A stretch of 64,000 nucleotides of DNA from the human T2T-CHM13v2.0 reference genome, Homo sapiens, in assembly GCF_009914755.1 (NCBI RefSeq), contig NC_060944.1; one strand, written 5' to 3'. Of this stretch, positions 1 to 14,120 are shown in pieces. The stretch's first letter is position 1. Every line of letters starts with the position of its first letter. The translations under genes and the position numbers were made by a program. The notes beneath the pieces are model-generated. The model searched no databases, had not been told where the DNA came from, and worked only from the letters and a program-made list of their open reading frames with translations.

Positions 1-1504
1 CAAGGTATGCAAGGCCATTGTCCTGACACTCAATGGGAGCCCTAGCCCCTGTTCCCACTGCAGCCCCACTGAGCTCACAGCAGACACTTGGATCCATAGA
101 AGCCCATTCCTCAAAGTTATTCTCTCCTCTGACTTCCTCAAAGGAGAGATGACAGAGCTACCTGGGGGCTTCTGACATGCTCAGATGGCCTTGGGCCTGG
201 AGATGGAACCCGTTCACGGTGGATCTACCTCATTCCATATTTAGCTCAAGCTAGATAAATGTCACCCGGCTGTGATCAGCCTCCCCTTCCTCCCAGGCCA
301 AGAGAAGAAGCGATGCTATGAAATTCAGAAATGACAGGAATCCCCTGCCCCAAGTCCACCCTCCTGCTTCCAGACTAGCTGAAAGGAAAAACTAAAAGTT
401 GAAGAAAACACATAAAATTCTCACCTGGTATAATCTATGAGGCTTCCCGGCTCCACCCACATAGTGAATTTTGAACTTTTTCAGCCCAAAAGTCATCCCC
501 TGCATCCCTTCCCACTGGTAACCACAGGGCAAGACCGATCAAGCACCGGCATCAAGCACGGCTGATTCACAATAAAAAGAGAGCCAGGTGAGCCGGCAAC
601 AGCAGACATGGGTCACAAAGCCACAGGTGCAAGGGATGCAGAGAGGGACAGGGCACAGGAAAACTGCTGGGAACTGGTATGCGAGGAGGAGGTGCTTACA
701 GGACTGCACAGAATCTCAGGGCCCAGTGCCAAAAAAACCCACAAGACCCCTTGTTCCAAATTATTAAGAACTTCAGAACAGCATTAGCAGAGCCTTCAGC
801 CAAGCTGGGACCGTTCTGAGAGCAAGCCCCTGCAGGGCCGCTCGTCTGCAGACCTGGCCCTGGGCGTCCAGCTGCAAGGCTGTTCCCTTTCCAACCATGT
901 TGACTCTGGAACACCATTTCCACAAAGCCCTCTGAGCTATCTGGAAATAAGGATTTCAAGGCCCTATATGCATGAGCATCCATATTACCACCTTCTCTTT
1001 TCTCCCCAAATGCTGCGCTTGTTCAGAACTGGGAGATTTCGATGTGAGGTGAGGTCTTACAGACCAAATGTTGAAGGCAGATGCCACATTTACCAGCCAA
1101 GCTGTTTCTGCCTGGTTTGAGGGAGGGGAGAATGAGAGATGACTGAGCAGCCACTCTGCACTGGACACCATGTTACACGCGTTGGCACAAACCCTTTGAT
1201 TCAATGTGGGGAGGCGGTGGGATGTGATCCAGTGTTCACTTACTGCCGAGCGGAGGGAGCAAGAAGTGAATATTGAGTTGTACTTTTTGCCCAATTAAAT
1301 GCCTTGTGTTGCAAAAGTTATTGCTGTCAAACCATAAAACAAATATAAAAATACAAAATAAATGCCTCACATTAGGGATGGCATGCCCAAGGTAGCCTAG
1401 CCCCCTAGTCGATTTTTCTCCTTATAAACTTCTCAGCTCAGTCACTTAGCAAGCCAGAGAGGGCAGAGGGTGGGAAGGAGTCCTCCTTCACATAAAAGCA
1501 TTTA

Positions 1505-1735
<231 letters not shown>

Positions 1736-2099
1736 TCAGGGGCAAGAGCGACTCTCGTTAATGTTGAGCAAAAATGAAAGAAAAGCTTTCTCTAGACCAA
1801 ATTGCTCACGAATTAGATATCATTTTAAACAGACAGCCATACACACATTTACATACTGGATGAGGACATAAAGGAAGTGATCATTTCTTTGAGCTCAAGA
1901 GTCATAAACTGTGAAACATACCTATAAAAAATTGTAAAGTGGGGATTGCTTATAACCTAAAAATGCCACTTTTCCATGAGACAGTGCCTTTTTTATTTTT
2001 TTGCCTTTTGTTTTTTTGCCTTTTTGATTTTTTTAGTTAGAGTAGTCAACCCAGGCTGAAGTATTTAGGGCAAACAGGGTATGATATCTCCAACTTAAG

Positions 2100-2120
2100 A
2101 TATATGTATATATACGTGTG

Positions 2121-2151
<31 letters not shown>

Positions 2152-2372
2152 GTATATATACGTGTGTATATATATATACACGTATATATACGTATATATA
2201 TACACACACGTATGTATATATGTGTGTATATATGTATATATGTGTGTGTATATATGTATATATATACGTATATATACATATATACACACACATATATACA
2301 TATATACATATATCTACTCATATATACGTATATACATATATACATATACATGTACACACACACATCATATAT
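2100..2372. repeat. Compound (TA)n/(CA)n/TATACG microsatellite
   Basis: About 270 bp of nearly pure purine-pyrimidine alternation. Confidence 0.97.
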
Positions 2373-3184
2373 AAATAGAGAAAAAATGATAAAGCAATTG
2401 AGATAAAATATAAACAACTGGTGAATCTGGAGTATTCAGGAGTTCCTTGTTCTATTCTTGCAACATTTCTATCAATTTAAAATTAGACCAAAATCAGAAC
2501 TTATAGATAAATAAAAGAGGTATCCAGTCACCTTTCTGTGAAGCCCTGTCCCAAAACAAAAATGTTTACAAAGTTACCGAAATGCCAGCTCCAGACTTAT
2601 TCTTGCAGATGTGTGCATAGTGTTCACTGTGACATAAATATAATGTGGAATCATGCCAGATACACCGACCAGCACTGGAGAAAGAAAAATAAAATCCTGC
2701 TTCTCCTGCCAAGCATTCGAGTGCTCACAGCCAAGAGAGAGCACCCAGCGCGAAGGGAAGAGCTGCTCCTGGTGGGGACCTCAGTTGTGGGGGGCTTCTC
2801 TTTTCATTCAGTCGAAACCCAGGAATTTAGCAAGACTGAAGTGAAGAATCACAAATTAATTCCCAACCCGTTCTCTGGAAATCACCGTAGCTATGAATAC
2901 CAGCATAGCTGGAGAGAAAGAGAGAATTTCCCAGCTTTCTTAAAGTGAGTAGGGATCGACTCACAGCTCCATTATGGAGAAGACCAGACAGCCACATAGT
3001 CACAGCCACAGACTGACTCAGCAAGGTGCTAAGAATTGTGAGGATGGCAGCAGGAGCATCACCAACACCTCTGAGTGCCCTCAAGTGCCAGGCTCCGTGC
3101 CACGTAGCTCACCTGCAGCACCTCATTAAATACTCCTGGGCATCCCACCTGCTGGGACACTTATGTCCCCAGAGGCCTATGAGC

Positions 3185-3445
3185 AAAACACAGGCTTCTC
3201 AGTGAGGCCTTTTCTGACCACCCTACTTAAAACTGCAAGCATTCCCCCATCACCCCTATTGCCACCACCCTCCTCCCTGCGGGAACTTCCTCCTCAGCAC
3301 TGGTCGTACCTTCATCCTCTGTCTCCCCTACTAGTTATCCAACACCCATGGGGTCAGGAATTGTTCTGTTTCCTTCCCTGACACATGCCCACTGCCTATA
3401 ACTGTGCCTGGCACACAATAGGCACTCAATAAAGAGTTGTGGAAG
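3185..3445 (+). mobile_element. L2 3' end fragment
   Basis: tcagtgaggccttttctgaccaccctacttaaaa ... gtgcctggcacacaataggcactcaataaa. Confidence 0.7.
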
Positions 3446-3480
3446 GAATAAGTGGCCTGGATGGGGAGGGCACACGCTCA

Positions 3481-3747
<267 letters not shown>

Positions 3748-3904
3748 CTAAGAGACAGACCTCACCAGGAAAAGGAACCTGGACTCGGTGAATGTTTTAT
3801 GTTGTTTGTGTGTTTCTCTGTCCATTCGAGATTAGCAATGAATCACTTTGGAATCCTTAAGCTAAAAAGCAATGTGAAAACTGAGCTCCTGTGTCCTTAC
3901 ACAA

Positions 3905-4217
<313 letters not shown>

Positions 4218-4305
4218 TAATATCAGCACCCTCTGCAATTAGTCCATAAGGAGGCCCACCCCAAAGGCAGTCTGAAGACAAACCTAGAAAATAAAACGAA
4301 ACCTA

Positions 4306-4628
<323 letters not shown>

Positions 4629-4987
4629 TCAAATAAAGTACATTCTTCAGACTTTAATGAACAAGCATAAATCTGATAGCAAAAAAATAAGTAAAAAGAA
4701 GCACATACTAAATAGATAAGATGCTACCTTTATTGAAATACTGAGTGGGAGAAAAGTTTCCTTGTTCTCATTCAGCTTTGATTTTCTCCCGAGTTTGGAT
4801 CGGCAGAGTTACATTTATGTTTTGGTAGCTAAGGTGTATGTGTGTGCCCTTGTGTACACATAAAATAATGTCAGAGAAATACAGTACATTAATCAGAGCA
4901 AGTAAAAATTAAGGGAGGAAAACAGAAAGAGATAGTTTTATATTCAGTGTAAGAGGTTGTGATGATACACAAAGACCCACAAATGCT

Positions 4988-5480
4988 CAGTCATGGGCCA
5001 CATAACAGTACTGCAGTCAACAATGGACTGCATATAGGATGGTGGTCCCATAAGAGTACAATGGAGCTGGACAATTCCTGTCGCCTTGTGACAACCGCAG
5101 CCATCCTAGGGCCGTGGAGCCATACGTTCACTCACATGTCTGTGAGGACGCCGGCGTAAACAGACTGTGCTGCCAGTTGCATAAAAAAAAGTCTAGCACA
5201 TGCAATTATGTACAACACATAATACTTGACGATGATAATAAACAACTATGTTACTGGTTTATGTATTTACGATACTACACTTTTTCTCATTATTTTGGCG
5301 TGTAGTCCCACTTTTAACGAGATGTTTCTGGTAAGACAGTGACGCCGCATTACCCCAGCCGCAGCCTCCTACAGCTCACGTTTCCCACAGCTCTTGATTG
5401 CAATATTTTCTCTTGTGCTTGATCAAGTGTTATTAAAAAAGAGTCAAGAAGCTTAAAAAAAATTTAAACTTTATAAAGTA
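4988..5480. mobile_element. Tigger3/Golem-like DNA transposon remnant
   Basis: cagtcatgggccacataac...ggtggtcccataagagtacaatggagctg resembles the Tigger3 terminus. Confidence 0.6.
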
Positions 5481-5589
5481 GAGGCCGAGATATCATGATT
5501 CTTTTCCAATCTCATTCTTGAGTAGGAAAGAATTTGACACGCATGGTCCTCAAAAACAAAACAAAACAAACAAAACCTCACTTCTACCT

Positions 5590-5745
5590 AGCGCAGCCCT
5601 TCTGGAAGCCAGGGTGCACTGGAACCACCTGAGGGTGTTAAGAGTCTGACTCAGCAGGGATGGGGGGCCGGAGACTCCGCCTTGCTCACCAGTTCCCACG
5701 TGATGTTGATGCTGCCGGTCCATGGGCCACACTTCGAGTCACAAG
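5590..5745. mobile_element. MER5A
   Basis: ggaaccacctgagg...gatgctgccggtccatgggccacacttcgagt. Confidence 0.7.
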
Positions 5746-5943
5746 GGGCAAGACACACATCTATATTCAACTTCATGTATGTCCACTGCAGGCATTTCCT
5801 ACATCCAGACCTAAATGTACCTACTGGACACCCTGGAAGATGATCATTGCCATCAAAACCCAATTCTTCACTTATACACTTTATGCCCTTGGATCATGAA
5901 ATTCCTTAAGTGAAAATGTAGCTTTCAAAGGTGTTCGGCAAAT

Positions 5944-6282
<339 letters not shown>

Positions 6283-6849
6283 TCAGCCATAGATCTGTTG
6301 CATTAGAAGGGAGGAGGAAGGGAAGAAAAGGTACGTGTGCTAAGCACTTTGGGGAGATGTCTGTCCAGTCCACGTTGTCCCTGTGTCTGATGTCAGCCCC
6401 ACCCATCCAAAGGCACGGTCCCAGCAACAAGATGACCCCACTCTCCTGTGCAGAGTTATAGGACCAGGGGTGGGCCTGACCTAGGCTGGCCTGTCACATG
6501 CCTTCTCTCCTGGGAATCTGGAAAGGGGTCTCAGAAATCGCAGAGTTGGTGGGAGGTTCTAGACAACAGGGACACATGAACGGGTCTGAGGCTGCCGCTC
6601 TGGAGTGGCGAGCTTTCATGTGCATGGCAAAGTTGAGAAAGGTAATTATTTGGAGAGGAAAAGAAATGAAGCCGAAAGGCAAAGACAAACAGAAATTAGG
6701 GAGCCATGGCAAGAGAAGGAAGAGATGGAAAAGGAGACGGAGAGCGGCTGCCTCAGCTCCCAGTTCCTGGTTCCTGATTCCTGATGCACACCTGCTCTCA
6801 GATTTCATGCCCTGCCTTTTATACCCTGCTCCTTTGGAAAAAAAAAAAA

Positions 6850-7365
6850 AATAGTACCTTTCCGGTGGAGAAAACTGGCAGACAGCACCTTAACCAAGTG
6901 ATCAGAGTTATTGTCACCTGTATGAGGACACAGCCACATAACGAAATACTCAGGACACAGCGTCACTCCATGGGGGTCTTGCCAAGAATGCAGAACCTCC
7001 ATCTAATCCTGAGAAAACATCAGGGAAACCCAAAAGGAGAGACATGCCACAAAGCCACTGGTCTGGGTTCTTCCAAAGCATCACGGTCATGGAAGACAGA
7101 GAAAGACTGGGGACCATCCCAGTATGGGGGAGACAATCAAGACATGACACCTAAATGTGAGTAGGATCTCGACCAGGAAAAAACACGCGTGGAGCAACTG
7201 GTGAGATTTTAGTGCAGTCTATTAATGCGACAGGATCACTGTTAATTTCCAGGTTTTTATCATCGGCCCGTGGTTTTGTGGAAGTTGGGTGAGGGGTATA
7301 TATTGGAAGCTACTGTGCTGTTTTTGCAACTTTTCAAAAATCTAAAATTACTTCTGAATAAAACA
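6850..7365 (+). mobile_element. Old L1 (L1MC-like) 3' UTR fragment
   Basis: gtggagaaaactggcagacagcaccttaaccaagtgatc ... gtttttgcaacttttcaaaaatctaaaatt. Confidence 0.65.
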
Positions 7366-7689
7366 AGAGTCCCCTTCCTGTTTCAGCTAGTGTGATCCAG
7401 TTTCTGTTTCTCCCAAGAAATCTGGATTCAAACAGTCGCCTGTAATAGCAAATACAAGTCAGACACACTAACGCCTGGTGCAGCCACATCTCACCCACAC
7501 CAGAGTGTTCAGACACTCCAGGAAACACTTTCAAGGAATATGGGGATTGAAAAGACCCCTTTGAGCCCCAAATCTCAAAGAAGTGTTGGAATTACATGGT
7601 GAGGGAAGTGTGTGGGGCTGTAGAGAACATAGAGGGGCCATGTGTTGAGGGATGGGGCGGGAGGGCTCATGAGACAGACTATTCTCACT

Positions 7690-7990
7690 TTTAATTTTTG
7701 AGACAGGCAGGGTCTCACTCTATTGCCCAGGCTGGAGTGCAGTGCTGCCATCAGGACTCCCTGAAGCCTCCACATCCTGGGCTCAAGTGGTCCCCACACC
7801 TTTGTCTCCTCAGTAGCTGAGACCACAGGTGAATGCCACCATGCCCAGCCAATTAAAAAAAAATTTTTTTTTGTAGAGACAAGGTCTAATTATGTTGCCT
7901 AGGCTGGTCTTGAACTTCTGGGCTGAAGTGATCCTCCCACCTTGGCCTCCCAAAGTACTAGGATTACAGGCGTGAGCCATAGCACCTATA
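7690..7990 (-). mobile_element. AluJ
   Basis: Diverged antisense Alu dimer. Confidence 0.9.
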
Positions 7991-9660
7991 ATCTCTCACT
8001 TTTCTATGTTTGAAATCTTCCATAATAAAGAGTAAAAGAAAAAATTACATATGAAGAGAATGTACCCCAGATCACTGACCCAAGAGCTCTGGGGTGGCCG
8101 TTCCTTTTGGGTGTGGGTTCCCCAGCCCAGAGCGGGGGTAGTGGCTCATGCTGATAAGTCCTAAGCTGGGTCAACTCATCAACCTCACAACAACCTTATC
8201 AGGGAAGGGCTGTCATTATTTCCACTTTACAGATGAGGAAACTGGGGCACACTGGCAAAGTGGCTTGCCCATAAATACCACAGCAGGATTCGAATCTACC
8301 TGAACAAGGTCTGAAACACCTCCCAGAACCAGGCCACCCTTGCCCTGCACCTCAGCCTCCTCCCTGCTGCAGGCAACAATATGCAAGCACACACGTGCGT
8401 GCACACACACACACTCTGTCTCCAGGGCCCCTGCAAACTCCCCATTCCCACACAGCAACAGGCCAACACCAGCCTGTTCTCTCTGAAGACATGGGAAAGT
8501 CAGTGTGAGCCATGCAGAGACCTCTCCTTGCAGGTTTTCACTTAGCAAAGTTTTAAACTGTAAATAGAACCACAAAGCATCACAGAATGGGAAATGAGAG
8601 CCCAGGAAAGTCACCTGTGATCTTTCTACCCTACAAGTGGAGTGCAATCTTTTTATGTCTCAGGAAGTGGTGATTGTTGTTTTTGTGGTAGTGGTAGGGG
8701 GTGGAGGGATGGGGTGTTTTCTTGGGTGTGCATTTGTGTTTGTTTGAAGAAGGCTGCATGTTTTAAAGGCTGGAGATCCTCTGCTGGAACACTGCGGGAG
8801 GAGCTCCTGTCCTGGGCGCCCCCACAGCCCCCATCCCCCACATGACCATGAGGCCCAGAGCCCTCCAACTCCGTACTGGTCGCAGATGCTCTACGGGATT
8901 CTGCTGAGTCCAGTGAAGTGATGACTTGGTTTATAAAAGTGGACTGATGTCTATACCGATGTGGTTTTTACAGCTCCATAATTTAAACCTTTCATCAGAA
9001 GGAAGAGTGTTCAGGAAAACCAGTAAGAGCTCCTGTCTCAGGAGCTCAACAGGAATGGAGATGCCTGTGACGAGAGCCACTGTGGCACGGCGTCCACTGC
9101 CACCCAGCACCAGCCTGGCCGAGGAGAATGAGACACGGACCCTCCTCTAGAAGGCCGCAGTCCAGCAGGGGAGGCACGCCCAGGGCATCTCAGAGGAAGA
9201 AAGGGGCTTCCAGGAGGAGGCAGGACCGGTCCTGGGAACCGAGGAAGGAAAGGGACTTCCAGAAAGGAGAGAAGGAATGAGCAAAGGGGAGGTCCCAGAA
9301 ACTGCAGGAGGGGTCAGGAGACGAAGAGAAGAGAGGTTGGCCCAGGGTTCCTCCAACGGTGGGGCCATGTGGCAACCTGAACTTTATCCGGAGCCAGGTG
9401 ACTGCTGTTTCTGCCTGGACCGTTAGATTGCCTGGTTTATATCTGTCTCCCCACTGGGCTGTGAGCCGCTGAGGGCACGACACAGGCAGGAGCCTGACGC
9501 GAGCCCCATCTGGAGGGGTGAGCTCTCACCTCAGTCCTTAGGACCCCAGACACCTTTAGGTGTAAGGTTTTTTTTTTGTTTTTGTTTTTGTTTTTGTTTT
9601 TGTTTTGTCTTAAAAAAAAAAAAAAGGAAACTCATTACATACTGTCTTACACAAACTAAA

Positions 9661-9676
9661 CCACTAGATGGTGCTA
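9661..9676 (+). promoter_or_regulatory. Candidate CTCF site CCACTAGATGGTGCTA
   Basis: One mismatch to the core CCASYAGRKGGCRS consensus. Lies in non-repetitive DNA next to a CpG-rich patch. Confidence 0.55.
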
Positions 9677-9879
9677 AGTGACTTTAATGAGAAATGAGAC
9701 ATGGGCGGTTCCCACTTTGCAATTTTAAAAAGTGACTTTCTTTACTTCCCTGTCACAGAAACTCTCAGTCCATGCAATTTAGGGAACTAGAATTACCTGT
9801 CCTTTCCTCTCCACCTGTCCGAAGTGCTTCCTCCGGGGCTCTTACGGGTATATGTGCATTTATTTGAAGGAGAGGCTTC

Positions 9880-10250
9880 CAGCTTCCAGCTCCAAGCCCA
9901 GGCACTATTCTCCCATCGTCCGCCCAGCGTCTCCCAGACTGAGCCCGCAGAGCCACGTGGAGGGCTTAAACAAGGCGCACCGGCCCGCCCCAGAGCTCCT
10001 GGGTCAGTGGTCTGGGGTGCCTGTGAATTTGCATTTCTGACAAGTTCCCAGGTGGTGCCCCCGCTGCTGGGACGGGGACCTCACCCTGACGACCCCTGCT
10101 GTGGAGAGTTCGGGAAGCTTCGGACGCCCTAACCGTAGGCGGAACCCGCTGCCACGGCCCTGGTGCTAGCAGACGCTCTCTCTCGGCCCGCCCTCCACCG
10201 AGTTCCGGCCACAGAGCGGGCCCTGCCCGGCGGTGTGCGGCCACATCTTC
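9880..10250. promoter_or_regulatory. Intragenic CpG-rich patch in intron 5
   Basis: Dense CpGs and GC-box-like CCCGCCC motifs outside any recognisable young repeat. Confidence 0.55.
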
Positions 10251-10544
10251 CTTCAGCTCTAGCTTAGCTGCTACATTGGGAAGCCACTAAAACCTTTAAA
10301 ACCAGCAAAAACCCTGCCACAAACATTTGAAATGAGGCCCAAGCCTGGGACACAGGGGGACCAGGTGGAACATTCGCCCACTCCCTGGGACCCGCCCTTA
10401 CCCTGTGGTTCTCAGTGTGGCTCCTGGACCAGCCGCAGCACCATCACAGGGACACCTAGACATGCAGCATCCCGGGCCACACCCCAGACCCACTGAGTCA
10501 GGAGCTCCCGGGCGCACCCAGCCACGTCTGGGTTTTCATCAGAG

Positions 10545-11065
10545 CTAAGGAGGCAGAATTTTGGCCCCCGTGACCTTTTCCCCTTGGTGCTACACCCTTG
10601 AATATGTTACATGGCAAAAAGGGACTTTGCAGATATAATTAAAGTTCTTAATCAGTTACCCTTTTTTAAGGAAAGGAGTTTATTCAAGATTATCCCCTAA
10701 AAACAGAAGTCAGAGAAACGTGTAAGTCCAAGTCATTGAGATGAGACGCAGGAAGAGGGTTCAGAGTTCGCTGCCGGCTCCGAACGTGGAGGGGCCTGAA
10801 GCCAAGGAGCATGGGCAGCCCTGACAGCCACTCCTGGCCAGCAGCCGGCAAAGAAACAGGGTCCTCACTCCTGCCAAGAACTTGAATGAGACTGGAAGCA
10901 AATTCTCCCCTAACAGCCTCTGGACAAGGGCCCAGGCTGGCCAACATCTTTCTTTCTACCTTTTGAGACCCAGAGCAGAGAAACCGATAGGACCCACCCA
11001 GACTTCCCACCTACACAACTGCGATGACACGGGTGCTGGTGGTGACTCATCAAGGCAGCAACAGA
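10545..11065 (+). mobile_element. MaLR LTR (MLT1D-like) preceded by a MER5A fragment
   Basis: gaatatgttacatggcaaaaagggactttgcagatataattaa...gcagcaacagaaaa. Confidence 0.7.
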
Positions 11066-11191
11066 AAATGGACACAGCCGTGTTTCATCAGCTACATGCT
11101 ATAGCTTGTTACTGAGTGAGTATAAGCACATCTGTCATTTTATTTAAAATGATTCAGTAATATTTTGATAACTGTTTTAATATAATTAGTT

Positions 11192-11495
11192 TCTTTTTTT
11201 TTTTTTTTGGAAACGGGGTCTCATTCTGTTGCCCAGGCTGGAGTGCAGTGGCTCAGTCTCAGCTCACTGCAGCCTCAACCTCTCCAGGCTCAGGCAGTCC
11301 TCCCATGTCAGCTTCCTAAGTAGCTGGAACCACAGGCACGCACCACCACGCCCAGCTAATTTTTGTATTTTTTGTAGAGGTGGGGTTTCGTCATGTGGCC
11401 CAGGCTGGTCTCAAATTCCTGGACTCAAGCAGTCCACTCACCTTGCCCTCCCAAAGTGCTGGCATTACAGGCGTGAGCCACCACACCCAGCCTGG
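11192..11495 (-). mobile_element. AluJ
   Basis: Antisense Alu dimer with polyT. Confidence 0.92.
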
Positions 11496-11937
11496 TTTCC
11501 TTTAAATTATCTGTATTTTATTTTATGCCTTTACCATCATTTTTCTGAGAAGCGGTCTCCATCAGAATGCCAAGGGTGGGAGTGGAGGAGGCAGCACAGA
11601 AGAGATGTTTGAGACCCTGCTTTAGAGACGAGGGCAGCAGGGAAAAGCCAGGAAGTCCTCCTGCAGCCACTCAGGACAGAAACAGGCGGCCAACCAGCGG
11701 TTTCATTTCATGTTCTCAGAAACCAGGTTAATCTGTTGTGAAATTTCTTATTTTGATATTCAACAAATACCTGTACATAAAGAGAGGAACATTCTTTTTG
11801 TCCTGGAACTGGAATTTGCCATCTAGGCTGGGCTCCTTCATCTTTCTCAGTATCTCTAGGGCAGTGGTTTTCAACTTTATCACCACCGCCCCAGGAAAAA
11901 CCACATTTCTCATTGCGAGCCATACACATCAGATAGG

Positions 11938-11940
<3 letters not shown>

Positions 11941-11974
<34 letters not shown>
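11941..11974. repeat. (GT)17 microsatellite
   Basis: Direct read. Confidence 0.95.
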
Positions 11975-11976
<2 letters not shown>

Positions 11977-13557
11977 TTCAACATATCCATATGGATATAG
12001 AGAGATAAAACAAGGGCTTCACAAAACAAATCCTCCCTTTCACTTGCTGTACACTCTGTTTTTCTTATTATATTTTAGTCTAGCATTTTGTTGACTTCCT
12101 TTTACATGCCAGTCAATTCTACTGAGTTCATTTTACATCCAAAAATGAGTTGTCACTAGCCATTTGGAAAACACTGGTCTCTAGGACCACGACTGGGCTT
12201 GTATCCACGTCCCTATTCACATACACAGCACACACACATACACATGACACACACACACCACACACACTTCACATACACATCCCACATATATCACACATAC
12301 CATGTATATCACACACACACACCCCATGTACACAAACACATACAACCCTTATTCTATCCTGTCAGAGCCTCAGAAGAAACCACACAGGCCCCAGTCACCA
12401 GGATGAGGCACATGGTCCCTGAGCCAGGGTTTGTCTCGCAAGAAGGAGGAGTTTTAAGTGCCTTACTTGGTTCCTCCTGCTGCGATCGTCAGTTCAGGGG
12501 ACCACCACAGACCCGGGTTTGCTTTCCAGCAGCCCCTGAGAGCTGCTGCACTGTGAGTTTTGTGTGGTGCGTGCTGGGATGGGAATTAGGATGTGAACTC
12601 CAAGGTCCCAAAATGAAATCCTGAGCAGACATGGGGGCACTGGAAATCAATAAAAAGCGCTACATCTAGTTGTGGCTTCACATTTTTAGACAGAGTAACA
12701 CATAACATCCAAATGGTCCAGGCTTTCTGAAGTGTCCGATTTTTACACGTTTTGCTCTCTTGTCCCCATGTGTACTTGTCAAACCAAATGTCAACTTACT
12801 TTTTGGTTTGGGAAATGTGGTTAGAGAGCCATACAAAGGTGCAGTATTTTAACCCAAGCGTCCCTGTGGAATGACCTGCTGTAGGGTAATGAGAAAGAGA
12901 GAGAACCGGAAGGAACAAAGGAAGATGAGCCGGCAAGTAGCCAAGAAGGCACAGGCCACAGGACAGTTTGGGGCTTTTCTGTTTTGTTTTCAAATTAAGC
13001 TTCACCCAAAAGGGGTGGGGGTAGAAATGTGAGCTTTCCACCAACACGTTTCTAACTAGAAGCAAACACTGATACAACCACTCTTGCCGGGTTGTAATCA
13101 AATTCCGAAGGAGAACTGTTACCATGAGAAGGAAAACAGAAGCACAGATTTGAACAAGTGGAGGATAAAAATCCCTATGGTGTCCGTTTCTTCTTATTCT
13201 TACGAAGCTTGACCTGGGCAAAATGAATGCATGATGTAGACACTGGGGCAGCCTAAGCCTAAGACTCGGTGGGGAGGGCATGACTCGAAGGAGTCCCAAG
13301 GGGCACCTCTGAGGGGCCAGGAATGAGCGTGGCACCTGTGTCCCCCAGCTCAGGACTCTCCCTGTGTCCTGGAAAACTCCTCAGTCCAGGCCAGAGCAGA
13401 GCGCTTGGCCACCCACTCAGAAAACCCCGTTTCTGCAAGGAACATAGGATATGTTCAGCGTGTGACAGCTCCTCAAGCTGCATGCGTGTGCCTGCGCGTA
13501 ACACCTCCATGAAACATGTGGGAAGCCCCAATGCACACGCGGCAGACTCGAGCGTAC

Positions 13558-13665
13558 CTGTGCCTGCAGCTCCACTCTCTGCGCCTGCAGGTGGGAGAGC
13601 ACCTCCCGGCCCTCCTCCAGCTGACTCCGCAGGGCGGCCACCTCCCGCTCCGTCAGGAGCTTCTC
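13558..13665 (-). CDS. BFSP1: Filensin exon 5, 108 nt, [36 protein letters not shown]
   Basis: Acceptor TCTCTGTGCAG|GAG, donor CAG|GTACGC, phase 0-0. Confidence 0.96.
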
Positions 13666-13737
13666 CTGCACAGAGAAGGCCAGAGTCAGACTCATGGGAC
13701 ATGCAGAGAGGAAAAGGGCAGAGAAGGTGCGGGGCCC

Positions 13738-14120
13738 TGGTATGGACGGAATATCCGTGTCCCCCTGAATTCTGTGTTGAAGCCCTAACTAACTCCCAAG
13801 ATGAAGGTTTTAGGAGACCTTTGGAAGGTGTTAGGGTTAGATGAGGTCATGAGGATGGGGGGCCCCATCATGTGATTAGGGTCTTTGTAAGAACAAGAAG
13901 AGACACCAGAGCCCCCACCCCCACCCCCTGTCTGTCTGTCACGTGAGACACAGCAAGAAGGCAGCCGTCTTCAAGCCAGAAAGAGAGCCCTCACCAGACA
14001 CCAATTCTGCTGGCATCTTGATCTTGGACTTCCAGCACCCAGGACAGTGAGAAGTAAATGTCTGCCTGTCGGCCCTCCCATCTGTAGTGTCCTGTTATAG
14101 TAGCCTGAGAAGACTAAGCC
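13738..14120 (+). mobile_element. MaLR LTR (MLT1A/B-like) about 75 bp from the exon 5 acceptor
   Basis: tggtatggacggaatatccgtgtcccc...gttatagtagcctgagaagactaagcca. Confidence 0.8.

Noticed and set aside
2033-2417. Y/I/H/T-rich ORFs in many frames (also at 58334-58598)
   Set aside because: Translations of dinucleotide microsatellites.
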